Positions 13,422-26,360 of a stretch of DNA of 64,000 nt are shown one piece after another. Source of the DNA: Podarcis liolepis (lineage: Eukaryota); the NCBI GenBank assembly GCA_965112155.1, contig OZ218100.1, one strand, 5' to 3'. Both the position numbers and the translations under genes were made by a program. How positions within the stretch are numbered: the stretch's first letter is position 1; every line of letters begins with the position of its first letter. Below the pieces are notes generated by a model, which searched no databases, was not told where the DNA came from, and saw nothing but the letters and a program-made list of their open reading frames with translations.

Positions 13422-13761
13422 GGAGACTCTTGAGAGTCCCATGGACTGCAAGAAGATCAAACCTATCCATTCTTAAGGAAATCAGCCCTTAATGCTCACT
13501 GGAAGGACAGACCGTGAAGCTGAGGCTCCAATACTTTGGCCACCTCATGAGAAGAGAATACTCCCTGGAAAAGACCCTGATGTTGGGAAAGACTGAAGGC
13601 ACAAGGAGAAGGGGACGACAGAGGACGAGATGGTTGGATAGTGTTCTCGAAGCTACCAGCATGAGTTTGACAAAACTGTGGGAGGCAGTGGAAGACAGAA
13701 GTGCCTGGCGTGCTCTAGTCCAGGGGGTCACGAAGAGTCAGACATGACTAAACAACAACAA
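13422..13761 (+). mobile_element. 5'-truncated Bov-B LINE 3' fragment
   Basis: Encodes KLRLQYFGHLMRRE.SLEKTLMLGK..., ends in an (AAC)n tail; near-identical to the reverse complement of 1-270. Confidence 0.92.
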
Positions 13762-16700
13762 AGCAGTGAGAGCAGTGGATTGGCTCTGCTGTGGTGCCCA
13801 CACTATGCTCCTGCTGCCTTGCCCCTCACCCTCTTCATAAGTGGCAGTGACATGAAGCATTGGAAAGGCAGGTCAGCAACACAGCCCCAACTACACGGCC
13901 AAACGCTGAAGGTTTATATATTTATTTCCCTTTATTTTATTTACTTTGGCTGTAAATTGCTTCAGGACTTATTCCGTGATGTATAAACTCAATCAGCCTA
14001 AACCTAGCATGGAAATGTGCACAGATGAACATGGAACATGCTTAGGCGCCTCTCATTCCCCCATGAAATAAAGAAATAAGCCCTCTTTAGATGTTCAGCT
14101 AAACATGTGGTGATTGAGTAGGGGAGCCATGTGCCAGCTCTGCCCCAACATCCCCAGGCATGCTGCTCCCTTCTGTTCAATTGCAACTTTCCCACATTGA
14201 ATGGAAAGATCTAACAGAGGCACTTTGAATATTCCCCATGATCAACTACCTCGCTAACAGAAAGCTCCTGACCATGGGGAGGTTTCTATGCACAGTCGTG
14301 TTTAGAAGCCTCTTTCAGGCCTTCCCACTCAATAAGAAAAAGCTGAAGGTGGAGTAGATGAGGACAGGAACATTGGGGATGGGCTCAGCACACTTGCTCC
14401 CTGCACAATTTATGCCTTCACAAGTTCAGCTGAATTTCTGCACAGGACATGGAACACATAATTTTAGAGTTCAATGCAGTTCAAGCTGGTGGTTCACCTC
14501 TAATGTTATTTCCATTGTAAAAGGCTCCTCAGAAAAGATACCCCACTACTTTGTGCAGAATGTTCAATCTAATTTAAGAACCTTATTCTTACACTGTGCC
14601 TATATATTGTTGATCAGTGATTAAGGAAGCCTCTACTTGAATAGGAAAGAATTGCGGAAAACCAATTTTTCCCTTTATTCACTTAAAATATTTATGAGTC
14701 ACTTTTCCGCCATAGGCACTCAAAGCAGTTTAGAACAAAGTAATCCAATTAAAAATAGTTGAAACCATAACAACAAATCTCAATCTACCACTAATTAATA
14801 ACAGCAGCAGCAGGTAAAAGAATTAAAAGGAGGGCGGGGGGAACATGACGCAACCACTATAATAAGATCAGACAGCACCAAAGGCCAAGTGAAGTAATCA
14901 GAATTGTGTGTGTGTTTGTGTGTGTATATCTCCAGCCTTCTAAATCTCCACAAATTGCTAGCCTGACAGACTTCCCTAGGAAGAGTATCCCATTACTGGG
15001 ACACCACCAAAGAAATGTACCTGTTTTGGATGTCAAGTTAATATCAATAAAGATCAGCACCCAAATCATGTCATTGATCTTAACCAGTAGGATCGTTCAG
15101 AGGAAGAGATGCTCATAAAGCTACAATGAACCCTCACCCTTCTCTGACCCCTTTGGCCCTTGTAGGAAAGGAGGTGGGGAAACTGGAGCCCTTCGGAAAT
15201 TGCTGGGCTGCAGCTCCTATAATTCCTAACCACTGGCCTGGCTGCCAAGTGCTGGTGGCAGTGACAATCTAGCAACATCTGAAGGTCCACAGGTTTCCCA
15301 ACCCTTTCACAGGACAACTCTGAAAGACATCTTGCATATGTTTCAAAGACTATTTAAACATATGTTTCTGAAACACTGTGTCATACTACTCTAGACAATG
15401 CTGATAATGTAGAGCATGAATTAAACACTAATGTCTTTGGTCAGGGATGAATAGTTTGCAAACCATGCAATAAATTTACCCTCCTTGTCTCCCACCCATT
15501 CTACCATTGTCTAAGTCCATGATAAATCAATGCAACTATTAAGGCATTGTCTGGTACATCAGGAGAATGTTACATTATGCAAAGTGTGTGGAATTTGTAA
15601 CCAAAGGCAATCAGACAAGAGACTCATCTGGAGCGCGTCTGGTGAAGAAGCTGGGGATGGGCAGGGGGTGGGAACCAAAGATTTTCATCTAAGGAACAAG
15701 AAGTGATTTTTCACCATCAATAGATACGCCTCCAATTGGTACACATCATCAGCTCAGTCAGTGAAAACTGGAAACCTGAATGAGAATGTCAAAGGAAGGA
15801 ATGTGTTCGTAAAAGAAACAAAACTAAACTGCAAAGCAAGTTTAACCCAGAAAATGTAAAGCTAAGTCACAAAATGGAAGTTAGCTTTACAGTTTCCCGC
15901 TATCAAATGGAAAGGAGATATTGTCAGGCCAAGGTGTTTGTTTTTTTTAAAAAAATCCGCACAGATGATGAAATTCTAGTTTTTATTCCTTCTTCAGAAA
16001 AGCCAGAACTTGCAGGAACTCAGTTCTGGCACCTCTCAGGTGGGTGCCATTGCCATGATAAGAGAAGAGGGGAGATGTTGATGGTGAGTTCTGGCACCTC
16101 ATTTTCAAGAAAAATAGCACTGAGAAAAGCTGGGTTATATTAAAGCACAGGATAACTTTACTAACAGAATAGGTCTTAACCAATGTAGCTTTGACCTATG
16201 GCATCCTATACTTGTGAACATAACTGATCCTTGTTTGGCATAGTTGTGATATGAGCAATTCTATGATTTGCTTTTTGTTAGGGTCAAAGTAGATGTGATG
16301 GGGCCATCATGTTTGTTTGTTTGTTTGTTACATCACATGGTGATGTTTAATGTTAGATTCAGGCAACTCTTTTTCCCTGCTATGCACTGACAAAATCAGT
16401 ACTTTATAATTTTAGGTCATGCTTGACAGATTTTTCCCATGTATGGTCAAAGGAGGCACAGAGCACAAGTCAGATTTCAATAGAAAATCCTACCTAGGAG
16501 AGTATTAACCCAAGTTAGCTTATATTTTTTATTAAAATATCAAATTAAAGGCAGTGGCTTTGTTAAAAGAATTTTTGTATTAAAAGGGTTTTATAATAAC
16601 CTTATCAGTGCCTATGAATTAAGTAGGCTTATCCTGAATGAAGAAAGGGGTTTTGTTGCTTTCTTTAGTTGGAGATTATGATAATTTTTTCCCTTCCAAA

Positions 16701-18745
16701 CCTAAAGATAGGAGTTATTATGAATGCCTTTGGTTAGTGAAATCCAGCTACCGCTACAGGTAACATCTGACAACAATGAGCTGTGTCTATGCCATATCTG
16801 GGTAGGACTGCGGAGCTAGTTGTGTGATAGACACTTAGATGTGAGCAACTGCTGTTATAAATTGGGGTCCTCCAGCTTTCATGGATCCCATCAGATGCAG
16901 CCGGCATGAACAATTATGATGTGAGTTGTAGTCAACATCAACCGGAAGGCTTCCAGATTAGAAAAGCCTGACCCAGGAGTTCACGTCCATGATCAATAAG
17001 GTAGGCAGTCACATGGACCTTCCTCGTGGGATTAGGAGTACACCGAGGGGGTGCTGATTCTGTGGGGAAGAGCCACATAAAGAACCTCACTTGTGCCTGG
17101 GTGATTTAAGCATTCTCCAAGACGAATGGAAGCTGTCCAAAGATAATGGGATTCCGAACATCTGGGAGAACATCTAAAAGGCATCTAACACCTCTTTAAT
17201 GTGTACAATATTGTACCAAAGTGCTTTGGTTTGTTTGGGGTTTTGCTTTTGTTTTTTCAAAAGTCCAAGTAAGAGTAATGTTACTTTCTACTCTTCAGAT
17301 CTCCATATCCCACAGCAATTTGCCATTTAAAAAATCCTCATGGAAATTCACCAGCAAATTTCCCCTAATACAGACATTTTGTGTGCAAGTAATTTTCCAT
17401 AGTACAATGCATTTTTGTATGTTCCTTTCACCAGTTTATGCATCATAATGGCACTTCCCTCTGTGTGTCTTTTTGTACACACAGTTTGGCTGGAGGATTT
17501 CATTGCAACTTTAGTTTGCACCTTGGTGCAGTTAAGTAGCTGAACTAAGAATAAAGTAGTTTGTCATTAAAACTCAAGCAAATTTATCTTCCATCTCTTA
17601 GAACTCGGGCTCTTAAGCACCAGAACCAAGCTGTGTGTGAGGAACATTATGCTAAAAACCGGGGTCTATCTTTTGGTTTCTGCATCAGGTGTGGTGGAAC
17701 TTTGAAGCAATAAAGTGTTCCCATTCTTCTCTAACTGCTTTAGAGCTGATAAAGGAGGGAATTTTCTTTCATTTAGAAAATACTTCCCTTTCTCACGTCG
17801 TATTCTGAGAATGATTAGTGTAAAACACTCACAGTGCTATGTGATGATTTTACACCATAGATGGTTACAGGGAAAGTCAAGACCCAAGACTTTCAAACAG
17901 TTTTTAAAACAAGCAAATTGAAACAGTACTTCAAAGGAGGCCTGCTGCACTGGATAAGATTATCTTCCTGTTTCAAACTAGCCCCCTAGTGGAGACTTTG
18001 GATGCTGGAAAAAGCAAAGAGTGGTGATGAATGGCCAAATATAAACTTTTGTTATGCATTGATGTTTAAATATAAGATATGCTAAATATCTTGGAAACAA
18101 TTATTGGTGATTAGTTCAATTTGCTGGTTCCTGAAAGATGCAGATGGTGCAGCTGCAATGATCGTAATTACAGTTCAAATGCTTTAAATCCACTTGCAGC
18201 ATGCACGCTTTTAAAAACTTCTATGAATAAAAGGGGATTAAAAGCATTTGTGCCAAAATAAAATTTCTCTTCTTCTGCATCCGGTTGTGCAGAAAAACTG
18301 GCTAAATGTCTCTCGAAATTGCATCCTATATTATACAGTAAAAGAGAATTAATATGGCTGTGATTTAGGGAAACTGTAGGGGAAGGAATCAACTTAGAGA
18401 AGAGAGTTTTGTGTTTATGAAGAGTTTGCAGTTACTATACACACAGCATTTGCGCACAGAACTGAATATTTATTGTAATTTATAGCAGCCTATAAATGTC
18501 TCCATCTGCCACTTCAGTTATTTCTGACATTTTATTTAAAGCGACACGGTTAACACCAACACAGCCGGCAGCATCAGCAACACATTTGAGAGAGGCAGAA
18601 GCTAAATCTTTGCTAAGTGTTTTGGTACAAAATCATGAAGCAACCCTCACACATAAGATGTAATATAAAGTATAGGAAGACAAACCAGAAAACATCAGAA
18701 GAAAACGGTGAAGATGATTAAGAAGTAGCCATCTGGACATCTGAG

Positions 18746-19544
18746 TTGCATGTGAAGGTCCCCAAGCCACCCCTAAAAATAATTCACAAATCACACATAA
18801 TTTTTGTTTAAGGTTTTTGGCATAATTTTGGCCACAACTTTATTAAAATACATAATCTGTGAGTGATTGGTTATGACTATCTGTCCCCCCGCCTGGGACA
18901 GAACTGACTTTCTGAACTCCTTCGGAAGCCAGTGAAGGGAAAACAATGTTGGGGATCAGTTGAGCTGAGCAACAGTCCCTCACCGCTCACCCAACCAGCT
19001 CCCCAAGGCTTGCTGGCCCTGGTCCCATTTCAGGGATTGGACGAAATCGTGGCAAGCCCCAGGATTCCTTTAACGGAATTCCCTTCCACACCACCATTGG
19101 AGGGGCAGGCGCAGCCTATCCTGACCCCTCCTCCACCAATTTTTATAATCAATGCCTAACCGCAACCTTACAAGTTCTGACGAATTGCCAAGTAATAGGC
19201 AAAAACCAAATGGCACCAGCCAATCAGCCAAATGGACAAAATTCCTACTAGCCCCCTGCCCCAATGGCAGACGACCCCATGACAGGCATGGCAAGATTAA
19301 CCGGAACACAGGGCGGGCGGGCGGGTGATCCGATGCACGCTGCGAAAGAGAAAGCAAAAGCAGAGTGCCCCCAATATTTAAAGCCTTTGGTCCCACCCAC
19401 CCAATTTGCAACATTCAATTTGCCCCAGCAACCCGGTCATCCAATCGTTGCTTCAGGCAATCTCCATTTAACCTGCCTGGCAACAGAGGGTTGGCCTTGC
19501 AGACCCCACCGCAACACATGCTCTCATTTCAGGGAGAACACGCT
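18746..19544 (-). mobile_element. Solo A-C-B terminal unit of a Ngaro-family YR retrotransposon (diverged subfamily)
   Basis: Reverse complement starts AGCGTGTTCTCC, contains the conserved C spacer and AATAAAGTTGTGGCCAAA, and ends ...CATGCAA. Collinear with 39606-40419; no ORFs. Confidence 0.9.
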
Positions 19545-20556
19545 TTAGGTATAAATGGCCACGGGCTCCTTGCATAGACACCCATCATTAAGAGGATTCA
19601 GTGTGGATAAACTTGTAACATGTGCCAAGTGGAATCCGTGGGGAGCATTTCTTCCTCTTCCTGTGTGCCACATTGTAAGGCATGGCCAAGCTTTCCTTCA
19701 TTATCGCAACATTACACCTTTTAAGTTATAGTTTCTTTGCTTGTGCACTGGCTCTTGGCATCCCTTGATATTTCAGTCCCTTTCTTTGACCTTCCTTTCC
19801 TCTGGCTTCTTCATTTATCCAGGTATCAGAGTAGCCTTGTCCACACTACACTAAATACAGATACAAACTGTCTCTATACTTCCACATAGGTTTGTCTGAT
19901 ACAGGATACACTTGTAGATTTGTGCACCTCTACACAAATAGGCTACACACTTGGTGAATGTTCCATGTGAATCACTGGCCATGATCCTGACTAAACAGCA
20001 CTCCCTTAGGATCTGCCGGTGTGTCTTGTCTTGGAATTGCATGTCATTAGTTTTATTTATTTAGAATTCAAGTTCAATGTGGTTTTCAATGTAGTCCCCT
20101 GCATTTTTACTCAAAACACTTTGAGGTAGATCAGGCTTACTGTGACTAGCCCAAGGTCATCTAGTGGGTTTTATAGAAGTTGATTTTAAGTTCTTGTATT
20201 GTTTAAGAAAATGCAAATTGGTTTGCTTTTAAATGTGAACTGAATCAAATTTCTCCCCCAATCCCTAGGTTCATTAGATGTGATAAAGTGCATAACACAC
20301 CAGTACGGCTCACCAGGATAGGTCATGATCACTGAACTGATTCTGAAAAGAGAATTTTTCCCATCACAGCATGGATGAAAAAGCTGCTTCTGAGAAGTGT
20401 GACACATTTGGGCAAAGTATTACTTGCTAAGCACCAAGTCTTGGGCAGAGTTTAACAAAGAGCCTATCAACATTAATCATACTGTACTTTACTTAGAAAG
20501 GGCCATTGCCTCCGTTTCTTTCACTTGTTAACTCTGCTCAAAGGATCTATGATTTT

Positions 20557-20706
20557 NNNNNNNNNNNNNNNNNNNNNNNNNNNNNNNNNNNNNNNNNNNN
20601 NNNNNNNNNNNNNNNNNNNNNNNNNNNNNNNNNNNNNNNNNNNNNNNNNNNNNNNNNNNNNNNNNNNNNNNNNNNNNNNNNNNNNNNNNNNNNNNNNNNN
20701 NNNNNN
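20557..20706. other. Assembly gap (150 N)
   Basis: Run of n characters. Confidence 1.
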
Positions 20707-21204
20707 GGATAGAAAAAGTTGTGACAGAGGAGAAAATTTGGTTAGAGTGGACTATTTATTTATTTAAATTTACCCGTGAAAGCATTTACAGAATGCCCTC
20801 TTGCAAAACATTGGGGTAGTGTACAGCAACCTAAACAAGCTTTCTAAATCAATACAGAACAATCTTCAAGGTGACTGGCTCATCACAAAATTAAACAGCT
20901 ACAAAGAGCTGTCAGCCTAGAAAAGGTCTTCCAGAGATTCCTGAAAGTCAAGAGTGATGATGCCTGTTGAATCTCTGCTGTTGAATCCCATCTACAGCAT
21001 GGGACTGACAACACTAAATGCTTGACTTCTAGGAGAGGCCAGCCCTACCCCCTGTAATGCAGGGGGTAAGATAAAAGTCATAAAATGTGGGGCATCCAAT
21101 GTAGCTTCACCATTTCCTCACTTAATTCCATATTCTCACAAAGACCTATTGCTATTACCAGAAACAATATTTACATATCCTGTACATTAGATTCAGGTTA
21201 GGGT

Positions 21205-21225
21205 GTGTGTGTGTGAGAGAGAGAT

Positions 21226-21257
<32 letters not shown>
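21205..21257. repeat. (GT)n(GA)n compound microsatellite
   Basis: Direct reading. Confidence 0.9.
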
Positions 21258-22225
21258 GTGGATGGAGGAGACACAAGGTGTATTTCTCTTTGAGATTCAA
21301 TATTACACCAGAATCCACACCTCAACCAATGGGACGGGGGCATTGACATTGGGTCATAATCTATTGCATATTCCAAGCCATATTATTTTAGGCTACCAAT
21401 ATTATATTTTCTCATTAGTGTTCATCATATTTTCTAGTGTTTTGTGGGAAATTAATAGAGGGCAAACCTACTTTTAGTTATATAGATACTTTATAGTTCT
21501 ATATGTCTAGAGAGAGGATTAACTATAAAGATAATTAATGGCTTTCTAATCGCTTGAAGCTAAATAATGTCAGTTATTCCAATTTAGGTCAAATGGTGGG
21601 AAACTATAATGAATATCTGAATGCCAGGCCTGTTTCTCATGTCAGTCAAGAACAAACACTGATTCTTCATGTCCAAAGAAACCAAGATTACAATTCAGGT
21701 TGATAAAAATCATTTGATTAAAAAATAGAAGATATAATCTCTATTCAAACTGAATACAAATACAAAAATCCTCATACAACCTTACAGATTGTAGATTGTG
21801 ATAATTTATTTTCCCCACAGTGTGATCTGAAGCTTAGCAATTTTTTGCTGTAGAACACCTTAATAAGAATTCCTCTCTTAAATATTGGTCTCTTAAATTC
21901 AGCTATGAGAAACGCCTCACTCATTGCTGGCATCGGTCTGTCTTTGGAGACAATGGAGAGTTGCAGTGCTTGCTGTGGCTGTAGTGACCAATAGGAGAGA
22001 GGCATGTTTTATTGCAGATGGGGCGAATGAAGACATCCGGTTTCTCTGTTACTGATTCACCAGGGCATTTATGTGCTCCTCCAGTGGACAATTCTTCTCT
22101 AGTCTCTGCTGTGGATAAACAACCTGACTGTCTGTCTCCAGGCACCATGGTCATCTGCAAGGGGTTCCCACATAGCCGGGTTAATGTTTGCAGCCTTGCC
22201 ATCATGCTTGCAGACATTTTGATAA

Positions 22226-23025
22226 AGCGTGTTCTCCTTCATGAAGAGCACGTGTTGCGGTGGGGACTGACAAGACACCCCACTGTTGCTGGGTGGGAAA
22301 ATAATGTTGGTCACTTTACAATTGGGTTCTACCTGTTGCTGGGGAGATTTAAATATTGCCATTTTGTGATTGACAGCCATAGCCTTTATATGCCCTGCAT
22401 GCAGCGTTGAGCTTCCTCTTTTCACTGCGCGCATCACCCTCCCTCCCTCCGTTGATTCAGGGTTGTTCGCTTGACCTTGGTATGCCTGTCATGGGGCCAT
22501 CTGCTTTTGGGGCAGGGGCCCGGTAGGAATTTTGTCCATTTGGCTGGTTGGATGGTGCCATTTGGTTTTTGCCTACTGCGTAGCAAATTGTCACAACTTG
22601 TAAGGTTTCAGTTAGGCATTGGTTTTATGAAATGGTTGGTGGAGGGGTATGGATTGGCCGTGCCTGCCCCTCCAAATGCTGCTACTGCAAGGGTATTCCA
22701 TTAAAGGAATCCAGGGGCTCCCCATGCTTTTGTCCAAACCCCTGTTAAGGGGCTAGGGCCACGCAAGAGCCCCTGGGAGCAGTTGAGTGCATGGCACCCA
22801 GCTCCGTCTCTCTCCCCAAAACGTTTTCTCTTTCTGACTTTGCGGCCGGTTGAATGTCAGTCTGTCCCCGTGCGGGGTCAGATAGTCACAACCAATACCT
22901 AAGCAACCACTCACATTTCTTGTATTTCAATAAAGTTGTGGCCAAAGTTATGCCAAAAACCTTAAACAAAAATTACGTGTCAATTGTGTTTTATTGGTGG
23001 GTGTCTTGGGCACCTCGACACGCAA
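22226..23025 (+). mobile_element. Solo A-C-B terminal unit of a Ngaro-family YR retrotransposon (diverged subfamily)
   Basis: Starts AGCGTGTTCTCCTTC, carries the conserved C spacer and AATAAAGTTGTGGCCAAA, ends GACACGCAA. Collinear with 39606-40419. Confidence 0.9.
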
Positions 23026-24034
23026 CACAGACTTGGTGCCTGAAACCAGCTCCACATCCATGGAGATCCTGCCATCTTCCATTCTGTGTACACTCATAAC
23101 TGAATAAAGTAATTTTTACCCTGCCTTTATATTTGCAGACTCTACAAGGCAACTCACAATGAAATTATGAAAAATAAACAAACAGTTCATATGTATGAAG
23201 AGTCATGCACTGAGAACCCAGCTGTGTAGAACTCACTCCCAGCTGAGATCAGACAGGCCCCCTCCCTACTGAACTCCAGGCACTAGACAAGGACCTCTCT
23301 ATTTCAGTGGGCACTTTCAGTAAGCTGTATTATGACTATTTTTTGAACTTCTGTTTCTACCTGCGGTTTTTTTATTGTAAAAAAATGCATTATGTATTGT
23401 TTCTTCATTGTTGTATGGATTGCTTTAGCACTGTCTATGGTGAAAAACAGTCTAGAAATGGTGGAAATAAAGTAAAACAAATAAAAACACATGCTGAACA
23501 GGAAAAAAAATAAACTGTCTACAGAAACAATGCAAAGAACTGAACTCATTAGCAGGTTTTGAGTAGACATTTACAAGTAACAAAATGTATATAAATTGTA
23601 AGATCAAATATAAAAAAAAATGATTGAGAAGGTGTTATGCAGGAAGTGATATTATGTTAAAATAAACCAGAGAGGTAGGTTGAGGGAAGTCCAGGGGGAT
23701 GGGAGGGAAGGGATAATTTGGGATTGATGAATTATGATGATGATATTTGTTACAATGAAATTTTGGAAAAAATGGAAAAATTAATAAAAATTAGAACAGC
23801 AGCACAGAACCCCAGTGCCAAAAAGAGAGAGAAGTTGGCAGAAGAGCTACAGTAAAAGCTAAGTTAAAAGCACAGGAAAATCACAGGAAAATAACATTAA
23901 CAGATACAGGTAATTAACATCCCTGTGTAAATAGTTACTCAAAGTCAAGGAACCATAACTAATAAAGTCTGTTCCCCATTAGCCACCCATTTAACTCTCA
24001 GGGCCTCAGCTGCACACCTTAAATGATGGGCAAG

Positions 24035-24376
24035 CAGACCCTCCAACATTTATCCAATGAAAATAGGGATGTCCCATACCATAATTATAATTTTACTATT
24101 TATACCCCACACATCTTACTGCCCAGCCACTCTGGGCAGCTTCCAACATATAAAAACATAGTAAAACATAAAACATTTTTTTGAAAAAACTCTTCCCTAT
24201 TCAGGATTGCCTTCAGATGGCTCAGGGTTCTGATAACTCCATACCCTCCAATATTTCTCCACTGAAAATAGGAACATCCTAAGGAAAAGTGGGACATCAT
24301 GGGATCAAATCAGAAACTGGGACACCTTCTTTAAATCAGGGATGTCTCTGGAAAATAGGGACATTTGGAGGGTCTA
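24035..24376. mobile_element. TIR-bounded MITE containing an L2-type 3' fragment
   Basis: Ends AGACCCTCCAA / TTGGAGGGTCT, internal repeated GAAAATAGGGA, inverted L2-type tail at ~24097-24230. Confidence 0.55.
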
Positions 24377-25594
24377 GGCAAGTTCATATTAAGTAAATCC
24401 TTTTAGGTCACTTAGAATGGACTTTGGTCACTTATTTGTTAAGGTAAGACAGTGGAAGTGCATCTTGGGAAGGCAGGTAATTAAAGTTAAGAGGTAAGAA
24501 TTAGATGTGCAGGAAGAAGATGAAAGAGTGAAATTGGAAAATGCTGCGCAGGAAACCCAGACAAAATGGCATATTTCTTTCACTCCCCTCCCTCATATAT
24601 TATTATGAAATGCGGTAGATGTAGCCAGCTTCCACTGTAGTGTAGCACCAATGTGAAATACACACTCTACCAAGCTCACAATGACAGGGATTCTAGCTGA
24701 TATGAGTATCCTCAAATGATGCACTTCAAATATCTCACGAGACAGAAATTTGACATTCCTAAGGGAGATGCAGAAAGAGAGGGAAAAGGTTACATCCATT
24801 ATCACTACCTGAAGCTACGGCACCATTCCCATGCACTTCTTAATTCTTGCATTCACTTGTTACACTCCTAAAGGTACTCCACAAATACTTTGCAAAAGGC
24901 AGATATGTGCTAGGTGTCTGCATTCATTGCAGACCAGCCAGCTACATTTTGCAAGTACATTTGAACATGCTGTACTGAGTTTGTATCTGGGAAAAGTCAT
25001 TCTTTGGCAAAATCTGTCCATCTATTTTTTTTTCCCCCATCTGCTATGTGACATTTCATTCTGATGTAAATTCCAAACTTCCCCGGGGCCAAGAAAGATG
25101 AGAGTAATTGTTGCACATTTTTCTTAACCACTGTGTTTGGTCTGAGCAAAGCATGTTCTGTGAGGATGTGGTATTGGCTCTTTCTTATTACATGGTGGTT
25201 ATCGAGAAGAAAGGCATATCATAGGGAAAGGATTTACTGTTGTGTATTTAGTGTTAAAATGTTTAAATGCCGGGTCTTTCCATTATGCATTTATGCATGT
25301 ATCTTTTATAGTCTCATCCAAATAGTTAGGGTAGGCATAAGAATGATAAACAAGGAACAGAAACCATTTATACATTTTCTTCACTTAACCATTACATGCA
25401 GATCAAGGCCTGAGACCACCTAAGAGATGCATTCTTTTTTTATTATTTACTTGCATGCTTGTTTTAAGAAATTGAAAGGATATTTGCAGGAGAAAAGAAA
25501 TATGTGATGTGGGCATTTCAACTCCAGCAGACTCAGCTGAATGGGTTTTGAATGCAGTAGAAGAGCCTTTAAATGACAACCTAAGAACATAAGA

Positions 25595-26020
25595 TGGACC
25601 ATAAAGAAAGCTGATCGCCGAAGAATTGATGCTTTTGAATTATGGTGCTGGATGAGACTCTTAAGAGTCCCATGGACTGCAAGAAGATCAAACCGATCCA
25701 TTCTGAAGGAAATCAGCCCTGAGTGCTCACTGGAAGGACAGATTGTGAAGCTGAGGCTCCAATACTTTGGCCACCTCATGAGAAGAGAAGACTCCCTGGA
25801 AAAGACCCTGATATTGGGAAAGATGAAGGGCACAAGGAGAAGGGGACGACAGAGGATGAGATGGTTGGATAGTGTTCTCGAGGATGAGATGGTTGGATAG
25901 TGTTCTCGAAGCTACCAGCATGAGTTTGACCAAACTGTGGGAGGCAGTGGAAGACAGAAGTGCCTGGCCGTGCTCTGGTCCAGGGGGCCATGAAAAGTCG
26001 GACACGACTAAACAACAACA
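25595..26020 (+). mobile_element. 5'-truncated Bov-B LINE 3' fragment
   Basis: Bov-B C-terminal coding sequence, (AAC)n tail, 12-bp TSD AAGAACATAAGA at 25583-25594 and 26021-26032. Confidence 0.93.
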
Positions 26021-26360
26021 AAGAACATAAGAACCACCTGCTGGATCAATGTTCTCACAGTGGCCACCCAGATGCCTGTTGGAAGGCCACAAGCTGGAAT
26101 TGACAGCAACAGCACTGCCCACCTGTAATTTCTAGCAACTGGGATTCAGAGGCATTCTGCCTCTAACAGTGGAGGCACACCATAGCTGTCATGTCTAGTA
26201 GCCTCTGATAGCCTTGTCCTTCCTCTTTTGTCTCATCCTCTCTTAAAACCATCCAAGTTGGTGGCCATCACCGCCTCCTTAGGGTGAGAGTTTCATATGT
26301 GCTGTGTGAACAAGTACTTCCTTTTTACTGTCCTGAATCTTCCAACATTCAGTTTCATTC
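26021..26360 (-). mobile_element. CR1-type LINE 3' end remnant; related copy at ~28850-29110
   Basis: Inverted tail AAGAACATAAGAA followed by CTGCTGGATCA...GTTCTCACAGTGGCCA.CCAGATG, shared with 28850-29110. Family assignment is from recollection of lizard CR1 ends. Confidence 0.6.

Noticed and set aside
20506-20767. ORFs containing X runs
   Set aside because: Artefacts of the 150-N gap.
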